Virus record (IMG/VR): IMGVR_UViG_3300045988_125011
Direction: 5' to 3' (one strand)
Origin: a virus
Length of the DNA: 64,000 nt
Part shown: positions 1-9,069 of the stretch, piece after piece
How positions within the stretch are numbered: position 1 is the first letter of the stretch
Layout of the letters: every line of letters starts with the position of its first letter
Made by a program: the position numbers and the translations under genes
Notes under the pieces: generated by a model
Databases searched by the model: none
What the model saw: the letters and a program-made list of their open reading frames with translations, nothing else
Told to the model about the DNA's origin: nothing

Positions 1-3
1 CCC

Positions 4-117
4 CGCCGCCACAGGGTACACCCCTTGCGGTTAAGGGTGCAGGGCAAGACCCCGCCGCCCCGCCGCCACAGGGTACACCCCTTGCGGTTAAGGGTGCAGG
101 GCAAGACCCCGCACGGC
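4..117. repeat. Tandem direct repeat of a 57-bp unit: two full copies plus the 3' fragment of a third, cut by the window start
   Basis: Positions 4-60 and 61-117 are identical over 52 nt (cgccgccacagggtacaccccttgcggttaagggtgcagggcaagaccccgc); the 105-aa ORF at 25..342 is a repeat artefact. Confidence 0.8.
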
Positions 118-582
118 AAGCCACGAAATACAAGCGGAGATGTCCGCCACTTTCGGGTATGGCAAGCCAACACACCATTGAGTGAGTGTCAATGTGAGTA
201 CCTTTGCTATCAAAGGCGTCGCCGGTGCATGAGAGTTAGGCTCATGGTACGAGATAGTGAAAATCCCCGGAGGTTTGTGCCTATGAACCTAAGTGCGGCT
301 TGCATAACTGATGGCTATACGAAAAAGACCTCTGATGGTTAGTAGTATCGTCCGAGTTTTCCACCCAAGGGTGTTGCGCTCCGAGGAGCCGAAAATGAGG
401 GCATATAGATATGAAAGTCGGATTTGGTTGAGTATTGTGAATAAGCAGAACTTCACTCAATCGACGCGAGTATTAGAAATGATATGAGCGGCGTTCGATA
501 CTGCAATAGTTGCATGGGCGGGTTATGCCCCATGAGCCGAGTGCAGAGCCGCCGCCGCGTCCTTGAGTTTATCATTGATAGA

Positions 583-616
583 GCCGCTGACTGAGAAATC
601 TTTCAGCGGCTTTCTT
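583..616 (+). terminator. Rho-independent terminator (8-bp GC stem gccgctga/tcagcggc followed by tttctt)
   Basis: Hairpin plus T-run read directly. Confidence 0.5.
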
Positions 617-618
617 GA

Positions 619-638
619 GTGATAAACTTTGTTATCAC
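619..638. promoter_or_regulatory. Perfect 7-bp inverted repeat gtgataa-N6-ttatcac just upstream of the 668 gene; operator-like
   Basis: Dyad symmetry read directly; 30 nt before the start codon. Confidence 0.35.
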
Positions 639-667
639 CAAAAAATCTGTGAAAGGGGCATTTCAAA

Positions 668-1417
668 ATGACTAGAGAAGAAAACACCGCTAAATTGGCA
701 CAGTTGCGCTCTGAAACCGAAGCCCTTGTCAAGGATTACAATGATGCAATCCAGAATGGCAAGTTTGAGGACGCTTCCAAAGCCGACAAAGCCATGACCG
801 AGAAAATCAATGAGTACACCGCTACCGTTCGGGATATGTGCTTCGAGGATTGCAAGAACACTGATAATCCCATGCTTACCGCCGTCACGACCCTGTCCTT
901 TGTGACTATCGGGGTTAAGGACGAGCAGAAGGGTGATGACAAGGTGCCGGTTCGCGCTATCGTGGACAAGGAACGGCAGATTGACCTGCTCAAGCTCCAC
1001 AAGTATTGTGGTTCTATCGGCGCCAATGAGAATTGGTCGAGTATCGCGCAGAAGATGAACTTCCTGTTGACCGCGCAGAAAGCGGTTGACCTTGGTATCG
1101 ACCCCAAGGCTGTCAATGACAGCTATGCTATGAGCGAAATCGCCCGCGAGTTTGATATGGGTAAGAATCCGACCAGCAAGACGAACCTGCTCAAGACTTT
1201 GCAGACGGTTATCACCGCTATGCTCGGCGAGCAGTACAAGGCAACGAGCCATGATGTCAACTTCCTGATGTCGGTTTATTCCAAGAAGAACCGCAAGGCG
1301 CTGACCGTGACCTGCGCAAATCACCGGTATTTCCGCAATTATCTGGCTGAGGTTTGCCACCGCATTGTCACCGGCAAGACCTATGAGCTGGATTTCAAGA
1401 CCAAGAAAGACAACTAA
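668..1417 (+). CDS. hypothetical protein
   Basis: 249-aa ORF, same orientation as the cluster; no recognisable motif. Confidence 0.5.
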   Translation: MTREENTAKLAQLRSETEALVKDYNDAIQNGKFEDASKADKAMTEKINEYTATVRDMCFEDCKNTDNPMLTAVTTLSFVTIGVKDEQKGDDKVPVRAIVDKERQIDLLKLHKYCGSIGANENWSSIAQKMNFLLTAQKAVDLGIDPKAVNDSYAMSEIAREFDMGKNPTSKTNLLKTLQTVITAMLGEQYKATSHDVNFLMSVYSKKNRKALTVTCANHRYFRNYLAEVCHRIVTGKTYELDFKTKKDN

Positions 1418-1520
1418 ATATCTCAGTGAGGGTATTTGAACCACCGCGAGTCCATGCCATATGGCAGTTGTTTTCTAATGGGCTTCCGCCGGTGGTTTTC
1501 TTATACCCTGAGCCGCACTG

Positions 1521-1793
1521 ATGAGCCGTAATGACGGCGAAACGGTGGCATTTAAGCCACCGTCTGCGGATATCCGACAATTCGCTAAAGGAGTTTTCCA
1601 TATGTCCTATGATGTTTTCAAAGAACGAGTGAGAGGGCTTGTAAATCGCTCCGGTTGCAAAGTGAGTTTTCACCATGAGGACGGAAAGCACATTGCCCGC
1701 TGCTCTGATGGCGTTACCATCATTGGTAATGTGCTTTGTCCGAGGGTTCTTGTTAAATGGGGCAGCGGTCATACCGCTTATGCCACTATCTGA
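1521..1793 (+). CDS. hypothetical protein (small)
   Basis: 90-aa ORF. Confidence 0.3.
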   Translation: MSRNDGETVAFKPPSADIRQFAKGVFHMSYDVFKERVRGLVNRSGCKVSFHHEDGKHIARCSDGVTIIGNVLCPRVLVKWGSGHTAYATI

Positions 1794-2348
1794 GTTTTAT
1801 TCGACCGATGCTGGTACGCCGTAGGCAAAAGGGAAATTGGCGGCGTTAAATGAGGTGGGGAGCCAACGCGGTCGCCGTAATGCGGCTTATCGAGTTTTTG
1901 ATAAACGGTCACAAGCCCGTGTAAACGCAGAGTGAGGAAAATCAAAAGCAGGAGGTTTCTGTATGGCTACATATACTGGGGTCGCGTATCCCCGTCAAAG
2001 GTCGAGAACAAGAAACCAGCGCCGCCGGAAACTTTTTGCCAGACAGAAGCTGATGGGCGCGGTGCTTCTTCTCATCACCATCGGAGTTTTCTGGATGGCA
2101 TCCACAGGCACAACGTTTGAGGACAAAGACTGTACAGCAGCTTTGATTACTCTCCCGTTCGGTCTGTATCTGCTTTTCACGAGGCATATTGTAATCCAGT
2201 AATGCCTCGAAGTTTTAGCTCCTTTCACTACAACACCGTCGAAAACTTGCAATCATACAAAAGGGTTTTACTCAATGAAAAGTCTGAGGTTTCTTGAACG
2301 GGTTGAGTGTCAGCGTGGCTGAACGATTTTTGTTAGGAGGTCTGATAA

Positions 2349-2747
2349 ATGTCAAACGCAGGAATCAAGTTATCTCCAAAGCACGGTCTTAACCCAACAA
2401 TTCCGGTTTGCTTCTGGTGTGGCGAAGAGCGCAATGAGGTTGCACTTCTCGGTCACATTGGTGACGGTCGGAAGCACGGGGATTTTGAAGCGCCGATGCA
2501 TATGGTTATCGACTACGAGCCGTGCGAAAAATGCCGTGCAAACATGGCGTTGGGTGTAACACTGATGGAAGCTACCAACAAGCCGAACAGTGTAACCAAG
2601 GTCGAAATGCAGAAAGGCGTTTATCCCACTGGTCGTTACGTTGTAATTAAGCGTGATGCGGCGAGAAAAATGTTCGACAATATCGGCAGCAACGACAAGG
2701 CATTTGTCGATACCGAGCTCTTCAATCAGTTGGTCGGGCATGGTTAA
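2349..2747 (+). CDS. hypothetical Cys-rich (zinc-binding?) protein
   Basis: 132-aa ORF with CFWCG...CEKC cysteine pairs; RBS aggaggtctgataaATG. Confidence 0.5.
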   Translation: MSNAGIKLSPKHGLNPTIPVCFWCGEERNEVALLGHIGDGRKHGDFEAPMHMVIDYEPCEKCRANMALGVTLMEATNKPNSVTKVEMQKGVYPTGRYVVIKRDAARKMFDNIGSNDKAFVDTELFNQLVGHG

Positions 2748-3164
2748 ACAGCTCGGTTTTCCGGGGTTTCTTGAACTCCGGTGGTACGGGTATGGCGGAA
2801 TCTACCTGATTGTTGGTCGGGTTTGGTTCACGCTAAAGCGAGGTTCGATGTCGTAAGGCTGGCACGGTACGATTCCGTGGGGTGGGTTTAATGGGATGTG
2901 AACCCTGTGCGCACAACTCACCTAACGCTTAGACCCTGTATTGGTGAAGGTAAGTGAGGAGGCATCCAAAATCTGAAAGCCATTACGGGGCGTGCGGGAC
3001 TACGAAAGTGTTCAAGTGGAGGAAATGCTGCCACCGCGTGGGAGTTGAAAACAAACATGAAAGTGCATCCTTGGAAGGTTGGAGTTGAAAATAGTTTTCG
3101 GAGTCGCGCCCGAACCTATTGAGGTAAAACCTTCTCCCATAAAAAATTGCGGGAGGTGAAAGAC

Positions 3165-3293
3165 ATGAGTTATGGGAATTACGAGTTCAGATATGTCCGT
3201 GGGCATATTGAAGTTTTTCTCTATGGTGTCTTTCAGTTTTCCGCTGACACCATAAGCGAAGCGCAAGAGGAAATACAGGACTTCGCAAGTTGA
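3165..3293 (+). CDS. small hypothetical protein (42 aa)
   Basis: ATG preceded by gcgggaggtgaaagac RBS; below the ORF-track length cutoff. Confidence 0.3.
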   Translation: MSYGNYEFRYVRGHIEVFLYGVFQFSADTISEAQEEIQDFAS

Positions 3294-3315
3294 CGAGGAA
3301 TGGAGGGTTCCTTAG

Positions 3316-4128
3316 ATGAGTAGCAAAATGAATCAGATACCGTTCCTCAGTTCTTACGAGGATGTACGGGCAGAAATGAACAGAGATTTGCAGTACAGAT
3401 TGAACAGCCGTACTGCGCAGACTTCTCTCGGACGCCCGCTTTATTATCGCATCAATGTTCAGATGATTACGACGCAGGAATGTCCGTTTCATTGCCCGTT
3501 TTGCTTGGAGCGGCAGAACCCGATGTCTGGGGACAATGACTTTGAAGCACAAATCGAAGCGCTAAAGCGGGTTTTATCCGAACACCCCGATGCCAGATTG
3601 TCAATCACTGGAGGCGAGCCGGGTTTGTATCCTGAGCATATCGCACACATTGTGCAGACATATAAAGATAATTGCAACAACGTATTTTGTTCTATCAACA
3701 CCACAGGCTTTAACACAGAGTTGAATGGACTGGCGCACATCAATCTTTCTCGCAACGATTATGTTGGAGCAGACCCAGTCGATTATCCGGGATGCACTGT
3801 GCAGACGGTGATTGAGAACCCCACGCTTGCTTTCATCAAAGAGTATATGAAGATGGAAGCGAATAGCTTTTCGTTCCGCTTCTTGAGCGGTCTCGAAAAG
3901 AAAGACTATCCGGTGGGCGTTTGGAACGATTTGCAGAACGACACAGAAATTGATGTTCACACATTCCGCATTGGAGATTTCTTTGTCTATGCAACCTTTG
4001 ATTATGCAGGAAAGCACGCCCGTGTAACGCTGGGCGATATGTGGCAGCAACGCCATAATGACTATGGGGATGGTTACTCCAACATCATCATCCATCCTGA
4101 TGGTCGTATCACAACAAACTGGAAGTGA
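3316..4128 (+). CDS. radical SAM domain protein, function unknown
   Basis: CPFHCPFC (CxxxCxxC) cluster followed by the ITGGEP glycine-rich SAM motif; 270 aa. Confidence 0.75.
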   Translation: MSSKMNQIPFLSSYEDVRAEMNRDLQYRLNSRTAQTSLGRPLYYRINVQMITTQECPFHCPFCLERQNPMSGDNDFEAQIEALKRVLSEHPDARLSITGGEPGLYPEHIAHIVQTYKDNCNNVFCSINTTGFNTELNGLAHINLSRNDYVGADPVDYPGCTVQTVIENPTLAFIKEYMKMEANSFSFRFLSGLEKKDYPVGVWNDLQNDTEIDVHTFRIGDFFVYATFDYAGKHARVTLGDMWQQRHNDYGDGYSNIIIHPDGRITTNWK

Positions 4129-4421
4129 GGGTGGTTTCGATAAACAAGGAAGACATGGTTAGCGAACTTGCACAGAGAGCGGGAATGACCAAGGTGAGTG
4201 CAGAAGTCGCACTCGAAGCGGTTATCAGTATCATTTCTGATGCGCTCGTATCTGGCGACAAAGTCCAGCTCGTCGGTTTCGGAACCTTTGAGAGTAAGGA
4301 ACGAGCGGCAAGAGTTGGACGCAATCCGAGGGCAAATATTCCAGTGAATATCCCTGCCAAGCGTGTTCCGGTGTTTAAGCCGGGTTCTACCCTGAAATCT
4401 GCTGTTGCAAACAGCAAGTGA
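4125..4421 (+). CDS. hup: DNA-binding protein HU/IHF family
   Basis: ...ELAQRAGMTKVSAEVALEAV...VQLVGFGTFESKERAARVGRNPRANIPVNIPAKRVPVFKPG matches the HU fold signature; GTG start overlapping the upstream stop. Confidence 0.85.
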   Translation: MRVVSINKEDMVSELAQRAGMTKVSAEVALEAVISIISDALVSGDKVQLVGFGTFESKERAARVGRNPRANIPVNIPAKRVPVFKPGSTLKSAVANSK

Positions 4422-4454
4422 TTTTCAAATTTCAAAGATTAGGAGAGTAAATCA

Positions 4455-5096
4455 ATGACTACTGAAAAGATGACCGTCCATAAGGCGCTCTGTGAGCTGA
4501 AGACGCTCGACGCTCGTATTCAGAAGAGCATCCAGCAGGGCACGTTCGTTTTTGCAAATAAGCACAGCAACAACAAGGTTGCTGGTGTTAGCATCGGCAC
4601 TTATAGCGAAGAAATTCGTGCTGCATATCAGTCGGCAAAAGACCTCATCGCTCGCCGCGACGCTATCAAGCGTGCGGTTACGCTGTCCAACGCTACTGTC
4701 AAGGTAACGATTGGTGGCAAAGAGTACACGGTTGCCGAAGCAATCGAGATGAAGAACCACGGTATCCCGCTGAAGCAGTTGCTTCTCAAGAAGCTGGACA
4801 ATGACAATCGCCGTGCCCGTCTTGAGGCGGACAAGAACAACGGCGATACGCTGGAGATGCGTGCCGATGAGTATGTCAAGTCCCTCTACGGCAATGTCGA
4901 TATGAAGGGTGCCAGCGACGAAATCAAAAAGGTTCGCGCTGACTTTATCGCCGCTCAGACGATGGAGATTGTTGACCCCATCAACATTACGACAGAGCTG
5001 ACTACGCTGGAAAAGGAAATCAATGACTTCGTTGTCGAGATTGATTCCGCTCTGTCTGTGTCCAATGCTCTGACCGAGCTGGAAATCGCCTATTAA
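4455..5096 (+). CDS. hypothetical protein
   Basis: 213-aa ORF with RBS aggagagtaaatcaATG. Confidence 0.55.
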   Translation: MTTEKMTVHKALCELKTLDARIQKSIQQGTFVFANKHSNNKVAGVSIGTYSEEIRAAYQSAKDLIARRDAIKRAVTLSNATVKVTIGGKEYTVAEAIEMKNHGIPLKQLLLKKLDNDNRRARLEADKNNGDTLEMRADEYVKSLYGNVDMKGASDEIKKVRADFIAAQTMEIVDPINITTELTTLEKEINDFVVEIDSALSVSNALTELEIAY

Positions 5097-5649
5097 GCAA
5101 TCAACTTCGCTGCCGTCCGAAAACCCTGAATCATATGCCTTCTCTGTTTTCGCCAAATACAGATAAGTAAAGTAAAAAAGAATTTGGCTCCAGCCTGCTA
5201 AGCTGTCTATTTTTTGTAATGGGTTTTACAAAATCAAATTATGATGAAAAGAGTCACTGCAACCAAGCGACATAAGATGAACGTCGGCTTGGTTCTGGTG
5301 AAATATCACTGTAAAACTCAAAAGTCAAAGCTGAAGGTTAAAGGCTCAACGCTTAAAGATTTTCTTTGAACAAAGCTCAAGCCTTAAAGCATAAACACCA
5401 ACCTTTTATAAAACCCAAGATTTATGGTTTGTCGGGTGTATATGTGACCGCAGGGAGTACCACTTGGCTGGACGGTAGCGAGTTGTTTATATAAAGCAGT
5501 TCAATCTGCAATACCTAATGCTTCAACAGCGCCGACATTCGGCGCACCACATGGGATGTAGTTAGGAGGCTCTACTATGGGAAAAGCGCGAGACCAGCCC
5601 TAATTCAAATGTAGCGGAGATTAAGTGAGATAGATTGAATGAGTTTTTA

Positions 5650-5678
5650 GCGTCGCCGTTTTTTCGGCGGCGCTTTTT
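5650..5678 (+). terminator. Rho-independent terminator (gcgtcgccg-tttttt-cggcggcgc-ttttt)
   Basis: 9-bp stem with one G-U pair, followed by a T5 run. Confidence 0.6.
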
Positions 5679-5758
5679 GCCGAGGTAGTTTAATTGGTAA
5701 AACATAGCGCTGTCAACATCAGGCTATAATGGCGGTTCAAGACCGGCTCTCGGCACCA
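5679..5758 (+). ncRNA. Aberrant tRNA-like element. Acceptor stem, D-arm (gttt-aattggta-aaac), T-arm (ggttcaagacc) and 3' CCA are present, but the anticodon region is a 23-nt extended bulged hairpin with no canonical 7-nt loop.
   Basis: Folded by hand; acceptor gccgagg pairs with tctcggc; total 80 nt. Confidence 0.4.
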
Positions 5759-5885
5759 GAGGGAACGATGTTCATTCCTTGAGTATCGGAGCGCAAGGCT
5801 TATTGATGCAATCCGAAGCATTGAGGTATTAGTGTGGGGAACATCAAACGGCGGAGTTGACTTGGGTTTTATGCCGTAAAAGTAT

Positions 5886-5961
5886 GGGGATATAGCTCAG
5901 TTGGGAGAGCATCTGCTTTGCAAGCAGAGGGTCGCCGGTTCGAGTCCGGCTATCTCCACCA
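5886..5961 (+). tRNA. tRNA-Ala (anticodon TGC)
   Basis: Cloverleaf folded by hand; G3:U70 pair present; anticodon loop tttgcaa; encoded CCA. Confidence 0.9.
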
Positions 5962-6233
5962 CCTCATAAAAGAAGGAGCAACCAATGAAACCGAGTATGG
6001 CTTTGGTAAGGAGGGGGGGGTAAACATGGAGCGTGGTGACTTCATATCAGGCGAAGCGTGGTGCAAATACAAATTTGAGCGCGAAAGCAAAAAAGAAGAA
6101 ATTGAGCGACTCCAAAGAAAGGTTGAGCGAGCAAGCAAAAATCTCCACAATCGAATAGTGTATGACAACATTGTACTAACCGTTTTGAGTGTGACGACAA
6201 TCGCAGTATTAGCTGGTTGGATATAAGAAATAT

Positions 6234-6317
6234 GCAGGATTGGTGGAATTGGCAGACACGGCGGATTCAAGTCCCGCTGCCATCGGCGTAAGAGTTCAAG
6301 TCTCTTATCCTGCACCA
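6234..6317 (+). tRNA. tRNA-Leu (anticodon CAA), long variable arm
   Basis: Acceptor gcaggat/atcctgc; loop ttcaagt; A31-C39 mismatch in the anticodon stem; CCA encoded. Confidence 0.75.
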
Positions 6318-6488
6318 TGCAGTTTTGCCATGCGCGTGTCCTTCGTTCATTTGTAAGTTCCTTTCTTCGTACCTGCATCAAGATAAACACCTCCATCAAA
6401 TATTCACCTCCATCTTTTGCGGGCAAAACTGTTTGTGGAACTCAAGCGTGTCCACCTTTCTGGGCATACCGTAATAGCCGGTCAATAT

Positions 6489-6564
6489 ACTTCCGTAGCT
6501 CAGTTGGTAGAGCACGGCACTTTTAATGCTGGGGTCACGAGTTCGAGCCTCGTCGGGAGTACCA
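6489..6564 (+). tRNA. tRNA-Lys (anticodon TTT)
   Basis: Hand-folded; loop cttttaa; T-arm acgag-ttcgagc-ctcgt; CCA encoded; the ORF at 6417 overlapping it is spurious. Confidence 0.85.
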
Positions 6565-6590
6565 AAGTCAAATATATAAGGAGGTTCCTT

Positions 6591-7247
6591 ATGGGAGTTC
6601 ATATTCATATCCCCGCTGATGCAGTATGGGGGTTTTTCCAAGCAAGCAGAAAACGTTTGAACAAAGAAATGGTTCTCATCGCTGAGAACACCGACACGGA
6701 GTACGCCGTGTATCTTACCGAGGAAAACGACCTCCCAGTTTTGGCTGTTGCAAAGGGCAACGAAAAAATTGAGTACAAAGAACCTTGCGTGAGTGAGGAG
6801 GACTGTACAGCGGTGTCGAAGAAATTCTACACACGCTATCTCTTTCCTGTTGTGATTACAGACAACAAGTATGTTCCGGGAGACAATCCAGATGGCGGCA
6901 AAGAAGAAAGCGATGAAACATGGATGGACATAGAGGATGCTATGTATGAGCGAGATGATGAACTCTGTTTGGCTATGGCAGATTTCCTCGCAATCGCGCT
7001 GCAGGAGGGTGACAACGACGGAACAAATATCTTAGAAGCGTATGGCTATGAAGCTGTCGATGAAATCCTTGATGGATTTTTGAAAGAGCTTTCAGAAGAT
7101 TACGGTTTCCATATCTATCGACCGATGATTATAACGGAAAAAGAAAGCGGCTGTGAAGTCTTTACAGAGTTTCCGTATGATGAATATGACATCGACGGTG
7201 TGGACGAACCGGAAGATGAAGAAGATGAAACTGAGACGGGCGAATGA
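6591..7247 (+). CDS. hypothetical protein with a strongly acidic C-terminus
   Basis: Start moved to ATG 6591 (RBS aaggaggttcctt), downstream of tRNA-Lys; C-terminal DEPEDEEDETE. Confidence 0.55.
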   Translation: MGVHIHIPADAVWGFFQASRKRLNKEMVLIAENTDTEYAVYLTEENDLPVLAVAKGNEKIEYKEPCVSEEDCTAVSKKFYTRYLFPVVITDNKYVPGDNPDGGKEESDETWMDIEDAMYERDDELCLAMADFLAIALQEGDNDGTNILEAYGYEAVDEILDGFLKELSEDYGFHIYRPMIITEKESGCEVFTEFPYDEYDIDGVDEPEDEEDETETGE

Positions 7248-7263
7248 CCCGTCTCTTTTTATT
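7233..7263 (+). terminator. Rho-independent terminator overlapping the stop codon of the 6591 gene
   Basis: gagacggg-cgaatga-cccgtctc followed by ttttta. Confidence 0.6.
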
Positions 7264-7264
7264 T

Positions 7265-7354
7265 GGGGAGTTGACCGAGTGGCTTATGGTGGCGGTCTTG
7301 AAAACCGTTGACGGTGAAAGCCGTCCGTGGGTTCGAATCCTACACTCCCCGCCA
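7265..7354 (+). tRNA. tRNA-Ser (anticodon TGA), long variable arm
   Basis: Acceptor ggggagt/actcccc; loop cttgaaa; CCA encoded. Confidence 0.85.
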
Positions 7355-7382
7355 ACTAAATGATAATGGACGGAGGTAACAT

Positions 7383-8042
7383 ATGCCTGAATGTTTGGAT
7401 AATATGCCGTGGCGTTCGCTGAAGGGGCTTGGGGATATGGCACCCGACTTCCTTAGATTGGGAGATTTCAAAAACGTCAGATTAAAAGACGATACACTGG
7501 TTCAGTTCCGTATCATTGGATTCAAACACGATGTTACAAAAAGTGGTCGTATCCTCCCACTGACTTGGGAGATGGTTGACTGCCTTCCAAACCGGCATCG
7601 TTGGAATAGCAACGACACGAACAGAGGTTCTTGGGGTGCAACAGAGTTGTTCCATAAGATGAACGACGAAGATGGCGTAATTTACCAGCTCATGCCAGAC
7701 GAGATTCTTGAGGTGGTCGAACCAGTAATCAAGCTTACTGCAAACACCTATGACGGAGCGAACGAATTGCTCGAAACGGAGTGCAAGTTTTGGATTAAGT
7801 CCGAAAAAGAAACCTTTGGACGGAACATCTATTCGGCACCGGGCGAAGGTCATTGGTACGAATATTACCGGCAAGAAGATGTCCCTTGGGGCAAGAAGCG
7901 TAATGGTTCCGCTGAGTACACTATGCTGCGTTCTCCTAATTACACCGGCAGCGCCGGCTTCTGCTTTGTGTACACGAGCGGCACCGCGAACTTTGGCAAC
8001 GCAAGGTATTCCTCCGGCGTCGCCCCGGCTTTCAGTTTCTAA
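7383..8042 (+). CDS. hypothetical protein with a C-type-lectin/DUF1566-like C-terminus (ends ...SGVAPAFSF)
   Basis: 219 aa; C-terminal ...YTGSAGFCFVYTSGTANFGNARYSSGVAPAFSF resembles the end of FGE/CLec-fold receptor-binding domains. Confidence 0.5.
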   Translation: MPECLDNMPWRSLKGLGDMAPDFLRLGDFKNVRLKDDTLVQFRIIGFKHDVTKSGRILPLTWEMVDCLPNRHRWNSNDTNRGSWGATELFHKMNDEDGVIYQLMPDEILEVVEPVIKLTANTYDGANELLETECKFWIKSEKETFGRNIYSAPGEGHWYEYYRQEDVPWGKKRNGSAEYTMLRSPNYTGSAGFCFVYTSGTANFGNARYSSGVAPAFSF

Positions 8043-8216
8043 TCTGTGTATCAAAAGCATCAGCACCACGGAAGTGGTGCAAGATAAAACCATAACCACT
8101 GGGGCAGTTGCTTCAGTGGTTTTATGTCCACAATGGCTCCAACCTCCTCGTGGTGTGGGCGGATAGTCGTAAGACGAACTAATAGGGGTACATTTGAAAT
8201 CAAGGAGTACATACAC

Positions 8217-8615
8217 ATGGCAAAAATCGTTATCGCAGGCGACGCAGTCGTCGTCACTTCCGCAATGAAGCTTGAGGACATCAAGACCATCGAGAAGTAT
8301 CGTCCCAAGGAGCTCGTCCTGAAGGGCGGCGAGGATGGCAAGGAGCCCATCTTCGGTGTCGGCACCACTCATGGTGCAGGCAATATCAACGCAGTTGGCG
8401 CATCCTTCGGCTCCGAGACCCGTGACGATGACAAGCTGGCGTGCATCACCCTGTTCCTCGACGGTGTTACCGGCGATGTGAAGGATTGGGTCGCTGACCG
8501 CCTTGGCGCTGCCATCATCAACCTCAACAAGCTCGAAGAGAAGCTCCCCACTGTTCTCGAAGAGATTGCGGCTGAGAAGGCAACCGTGATGAGCAACATC
8601 ACTGTCGCTCAGTAA
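8217..8615 (+). CDS. hypothetical protein
   Basis: Start set at ATG 8217 with RBS caaggagtacatacac; the gene sits between tRNAs. Confidence 0.5.
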   Translation: MAKIVIAGDAVVVTSAMKLEDIKTIEKYRPKELVLKGGEDGKEPIFGVGTTHGAGNINAVGASFGSETRDDDKLACITLFLDGVTGDVKDWVADRLGAAIINLNKLEEKLPTVLEEIAAEKATVMSNITVAQ

Positions 8616-8688
8616 GAGACACTGCAACGGGGCGGCTATGCCGCCCCACCACCCAAAAAACAAAAAACGAATAAAAGGAGAATACATA

Positions 8689-8916
8689 ATGATTAAGGTT
8701 ACTGTTGGCAACAATGTTAAGCGTGAGGCTGTCATCATCGATGAGAATACCACCCTGCGCTCCTGCCTTGAGGCAAACGGCGTTGATTACACTCGTGGTG
8801 TCATGCACCTCGATGGCTCTTCTCTGAACCCCGGCGACCTCGATAAGACCTTCCAGCAGTTCGGCATTACCGAGAAGTGCTTCCTGCTGAATGTCGTTAA
8901 GGCGGACAACGCCTAA
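8689..8916 (+). CDS. small beta-grasp (ThiS/MoaD-like) protein, candidate ubiquitin-like protein; no C-terminal GG
   Basis: MIKVTVGNN...VMHLDGSSLNPGDLDKT resembles the ThiS/MoaD pattern; RBS aaaaggagaatacataATG. Confidence 0.35.
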   Translation: MIKVTVGNNVKREAVIIDENTTLRSCLEANGVDYTRGVMHLDGSSLNPGDLDKTFQQFGITEKCFLLNVVKADNA

Positions 8917-8927
8917 GTTTTAGATTA

Positions 8928-8956
8928 GAGCCGCCCTTCATGGGGCGGCTCTTTTC
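8928..8956 (+). terminator. Rho-independent terminator immediately before tRNA-Leu(TAA)
   Basis: gagccgccc-ttcat-gggcggctc followed by tttt. Confidence 0.6.
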
Positions 8957-8958
8957 AT

Positions 8959-9043
8959 GGGGAATTGGTGGAATTGGAAGACACAACAGATTTAAGTTCT
9001 GTTGGCGTATGCCGTATCGGTTCAAATCCGATATTCCCCACCA
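8959..9043 (+). tRNA. tRNA-Leu (anticodon TAA), long variable arm
   Basis: Acceptor ggggaat/attcccc; anticodon stem acaga/tctgt; loop tttaagt; CCA encoded. Confidence 0.85.
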
Positions 9044-9069
9044 AGATAAAAATGAATTGAGGTGTTTCT

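Noticed and set aside
635-1444. 269-aa minus-strand ORF antisense to the 668..1417 gene
   Set aside because: It mirrors the + strand gene completely, has no RBS, and the + gene fits the operon orientation.
2750-2900. tmRNA or tRNA in the ggttcgat-containing stretch
   Set aside because: No acceptor-stem pairing or T-arm could be folded around the ggttcgat, and there is no tag reading frame.
6417-6590. N-terminal extension of the 6417..7247 ORF
   Set aside because: It overlaps tRNA-Lys (6489-6564). A good RBS and ATG at 6591 give a start after the tRNA.
8629-8660. Terminator after the 8217 gene (ggggcggc-tat-gccgcccc)
   Set aside because: The hairpin is followed by an A-run rather than a T-run on the + strand, so it is not a canonical intrinsic terminator. 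It may still be a stabilising 3' hairpin.
7482-8753. 423-aa minus-strand ORF
   Set aside because: It overlaps three + strand genes and a terminator, has no RBS and a low-complexity translation. It is an antisense artefact of the GC-rich coding region.
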